From an uncultured Collinsella sp. (GTDB taxonomy: Bacteria > Actinomycetota > Coriobacteriia > Coriobacteriales > Coriobacteriaceae), in the NCBI GenBank assembly GCA_900550965.1, contig URUC01000001.1:1-49791 (forward strand): a stretch of 49,791 nt of DNA, in the 5' to 3' direction. Of the stretch, positions 37,567 through 46,108 are shown in pieces (position 1 is the first letter of the stretch; the number at the start of each line of letters is the position of its first letter). The notes under the pieces were generated by a model. The model saw nothing but the letters and a program-made list of their open reading frames with translations. It was not told the DNA's origin and searched no databases. The position numbers were made by a program, and so were the translations under genes.

Positions 37567-38436
37567 TTACTTTAGTTGCGCGTGGGCCATCTTCATATCC
37601 AGCACAAACCTTCGAACCTCGTCAGCTGAATGAACTAAGTTATTGCAAGGAGGCTTAGCGTCTAGGTATTTAAGTCCGTTATCGTCATTGCCGAGAACGC
37701 CTGCAATCCCGAGAACCCCCGTCTCCCCATCCTTATATTCCTTTTTAAATGTCAGCAATACACACGGAATGTCCAAATCTCTCGACAACTTAAGAACGGG
37801 TTGCCATGTAAACGTATCCTCCTTGTAATAACGAGATGGATCATAAGTCTCGATTGGATTTTTCTCCGTACATCTTATTTCGACAATCGCCTCAACACTG
37901 CCGTCCGGCGCGAATATAGCTCCATCGATATTGCCGCCCCACACCATGCCATGGCTCTCAAGCAGTTTGTCAAAATAACTGTTCTGAATATACTGTTTTC
38001 TAAATCTTTTTGTCTGAGGCGTTTTCTTTTTTTCAGCCCACCATTCTATAAATCTATCTTCTGTGCACAGGCGTTCTGTAACCACCTTTACACCGCCCAA
38101 ACGCTCTTCGTCCACATCCAGTTGAATGGCTCGAATAATCCCTTTGTCGTCCGTTCCATGAATCCAAACCGAAAATGGAACACCGATCGCATTTGCAAGC
38201 CTGACTTTACGCGTTAAATCTGATGCTGGCAGGAGTATTTTTAGCAAAGCATCGCGTGCGAACCCCTCGACTTCAAAGGCCTCAACCGCTTCAGTAAACT
38301 CCCCGCTCTTGCCAATCAACAGCCCCTGCAAGTCAGTCATTCCTAATTTAGAAGTTATTGTATTGCGAAAGGCAGTAACATTACCTTCGCTATCACGCCG
38401 CTTAAACGCTAGCCCACGAGTTGTTCTTTCATCCAT
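37567..38436 (-). CDS. Hypothetical protein, possible PD-(D/E)XK nuclease
   Basis: NIDGAIF ... AIVEIR resembles a restriction-endonuclease-fold active site; last gene of the RM-like operon; AT-rich. Confidence 0.55.
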   Translation of the reverse strand: MDERTTRGLAFKRRDSEGNVTAFRNTITSKLGMTDLQGLLIGKSGEFTEAVEAFEVEGFARDALLKILLPASDLTRKVRLANAIGVPFSVWIHGTDDKGIIRAIQLDVDEERLGGVKVVTERLCTEDRFIEWWAEKKKTPQTKRFRKQYIQNSYFDKLLESHGMVWGGNIDGAIFAPDGSVEAIVEIRCTEKNPIETYDPSRYYKEDTFTWQPVLKLSRDLDIPCVLLTFKKEYKDGETGVLGIAGVLGNDDNGLKYLDAKPPCNNLVHSADEVRRFVLDMKMAHAQLK

Positions 38437-38476
38437 CCCAAAAGCTCCTTCAGCGAGTTAACAGTGATATATCTAT

Positions 38477-41400
38477 CTAAAGACAAATCGGGCCGTCTGA
38501 TTCGGCCATCGCCGCATGAGATAAAAGCCCCTGCTCAAATGCACCAGGAAACGTAAATGCACGTTGACGATTCGGGGAGTCATCGAACGCAACTGAGATC
38601 AAGCCGCCATTGATCCGCTTGACCGTTCCCCCGCCGAGGCCCTTGTGAATAACGCGATAGCCCGGAACGACCTTGCTGTAGTCGATCGCCGGAGTTTCTT
38701 CGGCAACGTCATCGTTCAGTTCATCGGGATACCCGGTGAGATACCAGGCCTCCTTGAACTTGGTTGCCTTGCCGCCGCTCGGCTTGAACGTGAAGTCGGC
38801 GCCGCGGTCGCGCAACGTCCCCATCGCCGGAGCGAGCTCGACGCCGCCGAGTGCCCATAAGGCACCGGACTTCTCGCGCTTGTCGACGAATTCGATACCG
38901 CGGTTGGTGAGGACGTCCGCGACCCAATCCGTTTTGGTCGACACAGTGGTCGACACAGGCTCCGCCGATGCTTTCGGTTTCTCCGTTTGCTGTACAACTT
39001 TTTGTTGAGCAACCTTTTGGACGACAGGAAATTTCCCAATTTGCTCGACGGGGCGCGTGACGGGTTCGGCGCTGGTGAGGTCGATGGCAGAGCCGTCCGG
39101 CGCGATCATCGACTCCTGCTGTTTCGCGGCGAGGTAGTCGTACTCGGAAAGCGTCGTGTCGTACAGGCCGACGCGCTCGCCGGCGTGCTTGTTGACACCG
39201 GTGTAGACAAGGCTCGCGTCCTCGTAGCGTCGGAACTTGTAGACCGCGTCATTCATCAGGGGTGCATTGAAGACGCCCAGACCGACGAGGAGGTTGAAGT
39301 CATCGACGGACAGGCCGGTGACCTTCTTGAACAGCCCAGGTTCGAGCTGGGTGATTACGTCGTGCAGCGTCTCCTCGCGGTAGTCCGTGAGGTACATGAA
39401 GACGGGGATTCGGGTCGCGAACTTGATCAGCTTGGTCTGGATTTCCTTGCGCTTGCTCTTGAACTCCTTCTCCTCCTCGGTGAGCTCCTTCTTCTCTTTC
39501 GGGGTAAGACTCTCCCCCTTCTCCTTCTTGACCTTCTTGACGGCCTCGGACTTGTTGATGATCGTCTTGATGTCATCGTTGAGGCTGCGGAAGCCCTCGA
39601 TGTTCATGAGGGCGTTAATAGCCTCGTCGTTTGCGAGCAGGCGGCGCAGGGTGTCGTTGTCGACGTTGACCAGCAGCGCGGACTCCCAGCGCTTCGCGAG
39701 GAGCGTCGCCGACGTTCCGGCCATGGCGATGTCCAATACCTCGGCGGCGCTGATCTCCTTCATCCTGCTGCCGTCATAGGCGAGCACCGGCAGGAACTTG
39801 ACGAACTCGTCGACCTTCTGCTCCGGACCCTTCTTGGGGTCGGTGGCGAGCTGCGTCGAGTAATCGGAGACCATCGTGAGGGCGCGGTCGAGCGCGAAAT
39901 CGAATACGTAGCACTCGTTCTTGATGATCTGGGTGCGCCCGTCGTCGTCCTTGACCGTCCACGGCGACTGCACGCGGAACGCGGTCTGGAAATAGGTCTC
40001 GGCGCTCTTGACGTTGGAGAGCATGAACACGCCCGTCCACGGTTTCACCGTGACGCCGGTCGTCAGCTTGCCGCATGAGAGCGTGATCGTGCGGGACTCC
40101 AGCGGTTCGCGCATCGAGCGCTGCACGGGCGGCAGGGCGTCCAGGCCGATGCCGGCGGCGGCACCGGCGCAGACGTTGATCTTGAAGTCATGATAGAAGG
40201 TGTTCTGGCGTTCCTTGAGGAGGTTGGCCATGGCGTAGCAGCTCGCGACGTTCGGCAGGAACCACAGGGTGTGCCCCAGGACGTTGAGCAGGCGGATATC
40301 GGAGAACGGCATGGCCGGCTTCTCGCCCAGCTTCAGCTCGTCCTTTGTGGCCGGCATGTGCTGGCCGCGCATGAGGTCGAGCCACATCTGGACGTGGTCC
40401 TTGAACTTGAACTGGGCGTCCTCGCCCTCCCCCTCTGCGGAGAAGAACACGTTGAGGTCGAACTGGTTCGTCTCGGTGTTCAGCGCGATGCGCTTGATCT
40501 CCTCCGGCATCTGGTAGGTGAGCATGACCATGCGCGGGAGCGATGCGTACGGGTTATCACCGTCGGCGGGGTTCCAGTTAGCCTTGGCCTCCTGCTCGTC
40601 AGAGTAAGTCCAGTTGAAGATCTGCTCCTCGATAAACTCGCCGCTGTTGAGTGCGCGGAACGGGGTTCCGGATAGGAACAGGAAGTACTTGGTGACGATC
40701 GGCAGCCACGTCTCGTCCTGCTCGTTGCCAGTGACCTTGACCTCCTCATGGACGGCCTTCTCCTCGTCCTCGTCGATCGAGTCAAAGAGCTTCTTGGCCG
40801 TTTCCCGCCATGCTCCGAAATGGTACTCGTCGAACACCACGAGGTCCCAGTCTTCTAGGCGCACCCACTCGTGCCGGGCCTTGATATTTCCGTTGGAATC
40901 TCGACCGAGATAGTCTTGGAACGAGCCAAAGCAGACGATCGGGCGCTGGGGATCGCAGTCCTCATATTGCTTGCCGCCGCGACTGACGAACTGCCAGCCC
41001 TCGAAGTCGACATGGCGGTTTAGGTCCTCCTGCCAGGCACTCTGCACAGCGGGCTTGAACGTGAGCACGAGGACGCGCCTCATGCCCATCGACTTCGCCA
41101 ACTCATATGTGGCGAAGGTTTTGCCAAAACGCATCTTGGCGTTCCAGAGGAACTTGGGCGTGCGTTGCGAACCCTCGGCGGTCACAGACTCGAAGTACTC
41201 ACGCGTGCGACGCACGGCCTCGGCCTGCTCAGGTCGCATGCTGAAGTCCTGGTCGCGCGCCTCGTCGTTCTCGGTGCGGTCGCGCACGGCGATCCAGCCG
41301 GCACGCACTTGGTCGGGCGTGCAGCGATACCACTCGCCATTGATGTTTTCGCAGCCGTGGGCCTCGAGCCAGTCATGGACGGGATGATCTAGGAAAAAAG

Positions 41401-41614
41401 TGCCGTCGTCGCGCATCGCGGACTCGGCAAACTCGATTTTGTATGGCTTTTTCTCAGGTTGCAGTACGGGAAACTGCTCACGTACGCGTTGCTCAACGTC
41501 CTTGGCCGTATAGCCGACCTTCAGGATTCCTTTGTGGTTGGGATCAGTATCGGAATAGGCATAGATGGCCGGATGGGCGTCAGGGCGCTGAGGGAAGAAA
41601 TCTTGCGTAGGCAT
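38477..41614 (-). CDS. GIY-YIG/T5orf172 nuclease-SF2 helicase (restriction subunit-like)
   Basis: N-terminal IYAY..LKVGYT..VEQRV..GEWY; Walker A AKMRFGKT, FDEYH, LSGTP, QTAFR; ATG 41614 lies two bases after the MTase stop. Confidence 0.85.
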   Translation of the reverse strand: MPTQDFFPQRPDAHPAIYAYSDTDPNHKGILKVGYTAKDVEQRVREQFPVLQPEKKPYKIEFAESAMRDDGTFFLDHPVHDWLEAHGCENINGEWYRCTPDQVRAGWIAVRDRTENDEARDQDFSMRPEQAEAVRRTREYFESVTAEGSQRTPKFLWNAKMRFGKTFATYELAKSMGMRRVLVLTFKPAVQSAWQEDLNRHVDFEGWQFVSRGGKQYEDCDPQRPIVCFGSFQDYLGRDSNGNIKARHEWVRLEDWDLVVFDEYHFGAWRETAKKLFDSIDEDEEKAVHEEVKVTGNEQDETWLPIVTKYFLFLSGTPFRALNSGEFIEEQIFNWTYSDEQEAKANWNPADGDNPYASLPRMVMLTYQMPEEIKRIALNTETNQFDLNVFFSAEGEGEDAQFKFKDHVQMWLDLMRGQHMPATKDELKLGEKPAMPFSDIRLLNVLGHTLWFLPNVASCYAMANLLKERQNTFYHDFKINVCAGAAAGIGLDALPPVQRSMREPLESRTITLSCGKLTTGVTVKPWTGVFMLSNVKSAETYFQTAFRVQSPWTVKDDDGRTQIIKNECYVFDFALDRALTMVSDYSTQLATDPKKGPEQKVDEFVKFLPVLAYDGSRMKEISAAEVLDIAMAGTSATLLAKRWESALLVNVDNDTLRRLLANDEAINALMNIEGFRSLNDDIKTIINKSEAVKKVKKEKGESLTPKEKKELTEEEKEFKSKRKEIQTKLIKFATRIPVFMYLTDYREETLHDVITQLEPGLFKKVTGLSVDDFNLLVGLGVFNAPLMNDAVYKFRRYEDASLVYTGVNKHAGERVGLYDTTLSEYDYLAAKQQESMIAPDGSAIDLTSAEPVTRPVEQIGKFPVVQKVAQQKVVQQTEKPKASAEPVSTTVSTKTDWVADVLTNRGIEFVDKREKSGALWALGGVELAPAMGTLRDRGADFTFKPSGGKATKFKEAWYLTGYPDELNDDVAEETPAIDYSKVVPGYRVIHKGLGGGTVKRINGGLISVAFDDSPNRQRAFTFPGAFEQGLLSHAAMAESDGPICL

Positions 41615-41616
41615 AG

Positions 41617-43161
41617 CTATTCCATTCCGGGAATCGAGCTGCACACATCGTCTATCTCAGACTCGTCTAGCCCATACTTTTCAAATAGTTCTTCATCAGT
41701 CCAAGCATGGCTCCAGTCTTGGACCGGAACGAATTCAAACGCCTTCGGAGCCATATCCTGCGTGGCCGTCCTGGTTGCAACAAGATATCGAACGAAACGC
41801 GTCTTCAGATACTGAATTAAGTTATTTGCCTCAGAAGCAGATGCACCAAGAACAAAAACGTTATATGTGTTCGAACTGCATGACCCCGGTTCAGCAAGTT
41901 TCGGCTTTCCGAGAATTGTGCCACCGGGATTGCCGGCTCGCGGAATAAGAACCTTGTACTTTTGGACATCGCCGGCGTTTCGCGTGACATTCTTCTGTTC
42001 AATCCAGCACTCGCCATGCGCGATATACACCTTAGTCGCGAACGCGCCCGTCTTGTTCTTTTTAACTGGATATGACGAAGATCCGTCAGCGGTCTGGAGA
42101 GAACCGTCGGTACCGTTCCATAGGGCGCGAGTGTGGAACCCAAAGTAACGGCCAGCGTTTAATTCTTCCGAAAGCGGCTTTTCCTGCATGCTGCGTATCT
42201 TCTTTAAAATGGATATCTGTTTTGAACTCCTAATGAAGGTTTCCATCCCGTCCTCCAGTAATGGCCTCTCATCCATCGAGACGTCGTTACCGTCATGCGA
42301 GTAGACACGACAAAGCCCCCTATGGTCTCGATCCCAAAGGAAATAACAGACACCGCCTTTAATCTCGACACCGGGAAAGCAATCTGACGCATTCACATAA
42401 TCATGGAGCTCCCTGATGCGGTCGTCATGCAACATCTCAGCTCTAAACGAATCTAATCCTCTGCCGCCGGCATACCACCTCGCGGGAATGATCATCGTTA
42501 AATAGCGGGGGCTTAGTTTCATGCCCTGCTGGACAAACTTATGGTAAATCGGCATCGCACTGGCGCCATTGCCGCCATCGCTTAACTGATAAGGAGGATT
42601 GCCAATTACTACGTCGAATTTCATAGGAAACAGTTCCCCTGGATTATCTTGATGGATGAATTCATACGCATGGGTTTCAAGTTCGGCATCGCGTTTGTAC
42701 TCTTTCTCCGAGGCACCACAATACCGACACCTGCCATTAAGCCATTTGTGTTCGCAACGTCCGTACCTGATATTCCCGTCAGAGCTATCAAATTCCACCA
42801 CTGAATAGCGACTGTTAGCATATTTGGAACAATATGCACTGCGACGAGACAACAAGCCCGTCAGCTCTGTAAGTGCGACACCGTAGACTTGCTTCTTGAG
42901 AATATGCTCAAGGCGCTCATCGAGAACGGGATAATCATCCTGCAGCCCCTCGATGAGGCGCTTGGTTATTTCACGAAGAAAGACGCCGGATTTGCAGGAT
43001 GGATCAAGGAAGGTGGCTTCCGGATCCGACCAGATTTTCTTCGGAAGCATATCTAGCATTTGGTTGGCCATCTCGGGCGGGGTAAAAACCTCATCGCTCG
43101 ATAGATTCGCGAGGCATGACAAGACGTCAGGATTGTACGTTGTGTCGTATAATCCACTCAT
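41617..43161 (-). CDS. Eco57I-family N6-adenine DNA methyltransferase with C-terminal TRD
   Basis: DEVFTPP, FLDPSCKSG (motif I), VIGNPPY (motif IV), IIPARW. Confidence 0.9.
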   Translation of the reverse strand: MSGLYDTTYNPDVLSCLANLSSDEVFTPPEMANQMLDMLPKKIWSDPEATFLDPSCKSGVFLREITKRLIEGLQDDYPVLDERLEHILKKQVYGVALTELTGLLSRRSAYCSKYANSRYSVVEFDSSDGNIRYGRCEHKWLNGRCRYCGASEKEYKRDAELETHAYEFIHQDNPGELFPMKFDVVIGNPPYQLSDGGNGASAMPIYHKFVQQGMKLSPRYLTMIIPARWYAGGRGLDSFRAEMLHDDRIRELHDYVNASDCFPGVEIKGGVCYFLWDRDHRGLCRVYSHDGNDVSMDERPLLEDGMETFIRSSKQISILKKIRSMQEKPLSEELNAGRYFGFHTRALWNGTDGSLQTADGSSSYPVKKNKTGAFATKVYIAHGECWIEQKNVTRNAGDVQKYKVLIPRAGNPGGTILGKPKLAEPGSCSSNTYNVFVLGASASEANNLIQYLKTRFVRYLVATRTATQDMAPKAFEFVPVQDWSHAWTDEELFEKYGLDESEIDDVCSSIPGME

Positions 43162-43868
43162 GCTGCAGCTCCTATCTGATAAATGCTCGTCAAAGGATAT
43201 TCCCGAATCGGCAGAGGAATGTATGCCTTAACGCTTTCGTCGTATTCCCATTCCGACGCAGGAGAGCCAGAAGAACCAAAAAGGCTCATTTGCTGCCGCT
43301 GCCCCTCAAGAAGTTCGTCAAGGCGAAAATCGCGGCGCTTGACCCTATCCCCCATCGCCAAAGACCACTCAGAGAAGATGATTGGCTCGTCGGTATCTTC
43401 CTGACTCTCGTCCACAAGACGCATCGAGAGAGCATTACCGCAAAGGATGTTCATATCAATCACAGTGCGGATTGTATCTAAGAATGCGGCGTTGACGCGA
43501 CCTTTCGCCACCTTGGCATATTCTCCGATGAACTGCTCAAAAAGACGCTTGCGACAGGCTGCAGCGTTGTCAGACAGGAGATCCACGCCGTAGAGAGAGG
43601 AAACCGCCACAAACGCATGTCGTTCGTAGTCAATAGATGAACTGCCGTAGCGCCTTTTCACGACCTCAAGCTTGCGGCGCAGAACTTCAGCAAGAAAGTT
43701 ACCATCGCCACAGGCCGGCTCCAAGAACCGGGAATCGATGCGCTCGCACTCACCCTCTACCATGTCGAGCATTGCATTAACCTCGCGTTCGTTGGTGAAT
43801 ACCTCACCATGGTCGACGACACGCTCTCTTGATTTAATCTGTTTATCCACGACCGCGGCCCCTAGCAT
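43158..43868 (-). CDS. SAM-binding methyltransferase-like subunit without catalytic motif IV
   Basis: GEVFT, FLEPACGDGNFL, LYGVDL, NILCGNAL; no NPPY/DPPY; ATGA overlap with the MTase. Confidence 0.8.
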   Translation of the reverse strand: MLGAAVVDKQIKSRERVVDHGEVFTNEREVNAMLDMVEGECERIDSRFLEPACGDGNFLAEVLRRKLEVVKRRYGSSSIDYERHAFVAVSSLYGVDLLSDNAAACRKRLFEQFIGEYAKVAKGRVNAAFLDTIRTVIDMNILCGNALSMRLVDESQEDTDEPIIFSEWSLAMGDRVKRRDFRLDELLEGQRQQMSLFGSSGSPASEWEYDESVKAYIPLPIREYPLTSIYQIGAAA

Positions 43869-43915
43869 ACAATTTCCCTCAATGGTACGGTCACCATTCT
43901 CGCATGTTCGCGAAC

Positions 43916-44395
43916 TTACTTAGCCTTACAATCCTGCCTTGCCTCCTCAATAGTCTCAATATGATCCAGGGCACACAGCAGCCTTGTCTTCTTTAGCTCA
44001 AATTGAAACCTAGCGACTGAATACACCAGTAAGCCAACTAGAACAGCCGCCGGAAACAGAGATGCATTCAAGTTACCGAAAAAGGGTATTGCTTTTTGAT
44101 TAGCCCATCCAAAGACCTTAAAGCCGGTTGCAACTGTTAAGACCAAGCCAATGACGGTGGGGCTCCAATCCGTATAACATGTCTTTTCAACCGCCCACTT
44201 AACTATCCCGCATTTCTTGTACAGACCAATGTTCGTGCCTCGTCCATCCGGAGAAAAGTCCATCTCCGTAATTAGATCGATTAATTCAGCCTCACTGTAG
44301 CCGCTTTCCTTGAATCTTTTAATGAAGAAACCTCCTGGTCCAGGACCACAGATAGGACGGTTTACACGAAACAGTTCCTTATAGGCGATTTCCAT
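43916..44395 (-). CDS. Hypothetical membrane protein (2 TM)
   Basis: AAGGAG RBS; two hydrophobic helices; AT-rich. Confidence 0.65.
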   Translation of the reverse strand: MEIAYKELFRVNRPICGPGPGGFFIKRFKESGYSEAELIDLITEMDFSPDGRGTNIGLYKKCGIVKWAVEKTCYTDWSPTVIGLVLTVATGFKVFGWANQKAIPFFGNLNASLFPAAVLVGLLVYSVARFQFELKKTRLLCALDHIETIEEARQDCKAK

Positions 44396-44482
44396 TGTTA
44401 ACTCCTTAAAGTACGGGTGCCATTTACGCTATCGTTCTATCATTTCGTCCGGACAGATTTTTATCGGACTGCAAGCAACCAT

Positions 44483-45316
44483 TCACAAGGACATCCCGTT
44501 CAGCAAATCCTCGTCCGGTTGCTCACCGCGCTCCTCATATCCGCGCTCAAGCTTTTTCCCAAGCGCCGCAGCGCAACGCTTCGTTTCATCGGCAAACAGG
44601 TCATCGATAGCTCTGTCGATTCGCACGCAGGTCTGCCGATGCTCGTTTTTCCAGGGCAGGTCGAGTCCCAGGCTCTCGTCCCAATAGCCGCCAAGCTTTG
44701 CGTTGAACACTTCCTCGGGATATAGCACGTCGCTGCGGATGCCCTCAACCGTATCGTCCTCGTCCATATCGGGAGCAGCACCGCCCTGTTCAAGATACCT
44801 GCGCAGCTCCTTTTCCTCCCGGATGCAATTCAGCACGCTCGCGCATACCGCAGCCAAAAAGCGGTAGCGCTCGCATAGGTCCCACTCGCCGCCGAGCCAT
44901 ACGCGATAGCCCAACATAACGCTCGCGGACTCCTCGCCCAGCGGGAGCAACTCCCACGAATACACATCGACAAGCGCATCTTCCCCTAGCCTTTGCACGC
45001 CGTCGCGCGTAAAGGCGCACGGGCTCACATCGTAATGGCCAAAGCTGCGACCTGCACCACGGCGATTGATGACGTGCTTGGGCAACAGGACGATCTTGTC
45101 GCTGGGCTCGGGATCAATCTTGCGCAGCTTTTTGAGCTTGCGGCGGGCGCGCTTTAGGCCGCGATCGCTATCGCCGCGGCCGCAGCCGCCCGGCTTGCCG
45201 CCGTATCGCAGGGCAACCTCGCGTGCCAGGATCTTTGTGTCCGCAGCGCACAGCAGGTCGCTCACGGTGGGCAGATCTTCCCACTCAATACCGTCGACAT
45301 CCCAAATCCTGCTCAT
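44483..45316 (-). CDS. Hypothetical protein
   Basis: ORF of about 277 aa co-oriented downstream of clpP; GAAAGAGG RBS (start 45316 or TTG 45322). Confidence 0.7.
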   Translation of the reverse strand: MSRIWDVDGIEWEDLPTVSDLLCAADTKILAREVALRYGGKPGGCGRGDSDRGLKRARRKLKKLRKIDPEPSDKIVLLPKHVINRRGAGRSFGHYDVSPCAFTRDGVQRLGEDALVDVYSWELLPLGEESASVMLGYRVWLGGEWDLCERYRFLAAVCASVLNCIREEKELRRYLEQGGAAPDMDEDDTVEGIRSDVLYPEEVFNAKLGGYWDESLGLDLPWKNEHRQTCVRIDRAIDDLFADETKRCAAALGKKLERGYEERGEQPDEDLLNGMSL

Positions 45317-45390
45317 GTTCAACCTCTTTCTGGCTGTTCAACTACGTGCTCATTCGCCCTGTTTAACGTGCTTGTAAGGCATGCGCCCCA

Positions 45391-45993
45391 CTAGAGCGCT
45401 TTCTTGCTGGGCGCAATCACTTCGTCCACCAGGCCCAGTTCTAGGGCGCGTTTGGCGTTACACCAGCAGTCGCGCTCGGTGAGCTCATGGAACTCCTGAG
45501 CGCTCAGGTTGCCGTGCTCGGCCAGTAGCTCGTCCAGCTCGGCACGCATGGCTGCCGCATGCTGGGCCACAATCTCGATATCGGTCTGCTGCGCCATGCC
45601 CGTGCCGCCCATTAGCTGGTGAATGAGCACCTGCGTGTGGCGGTACACCTGGCGGTGGTCGCCGCAGGCCAAGATCACCGCGGCCATCGAGGCCACGACG
45701 CCCTCACCCACCGTGATCACGGGGCAATCGAGCGACTGCATGGTGTCGATGAGCGCCAGCCCCGCCGTAACGCTGCCGCCCGGGCTATTGATGATGAGGG
45801 TGATGGGCTCGGCCGCGCTTTGATGTTCCAGCACCAGCATGGACTTAATAAGGCCGTTGCAGGTCACATCGTTGACCTCGCCCTCCAGCAGCAGCACGCG
45901 GCTGTTAAGCAGCTCGCTTGCCATATCGACGGCGGCAACGCGGCCGTCCTTGGACTTCTTGATGATGCTGGGCTCACGATACATAACGGACAT
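45391..45993 (-). CDS. clpP: ATP-dependent Clp protease proteolytic subunit (island-encoded)
   Basis: INSPGGSVTAG, ASMA (Ser), IHQ (His), ERD (Asp), ELGLVD: complete catalytic triad. Confidence 0.93.
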   Translation of the reverse strand: MSVMYREPSIIKKSKDGRVAAVDMASELLNSRVLLLEGEVNDVTCNGLIKSMLVLEHQSAAEPITLIINSPGGSVTAGLALIDTMQSLDCPVITVGEGVVASMAAVILACGDHRQVYRHTQVLIHQLMGGTGMAQQTDIEIVAQHAAAMRAELDELLAEHGNLSAQEFHELTERDCWCNAKRALELGLVDEVIAPSKKAL

Positions 45994-46108
45994 GGCAATT
46001 CCCTTCTAAACGGAATCGGTAAGGAGGCAAAAACTGGACCGCACGGCTTACGGCTAACGGAAGCCGTGCGACAAAATATGCAAGATGGGATACACAAAGC
46101 TGCAGGGA

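Noticed and set aside
20150..46080. Recurrent TGTCCG-like hexamer upstream of several minus-strand island genes
   Set aside because: Too short and variably spaced to distinguish from chance in GC-rich DNA without a motif statistic.
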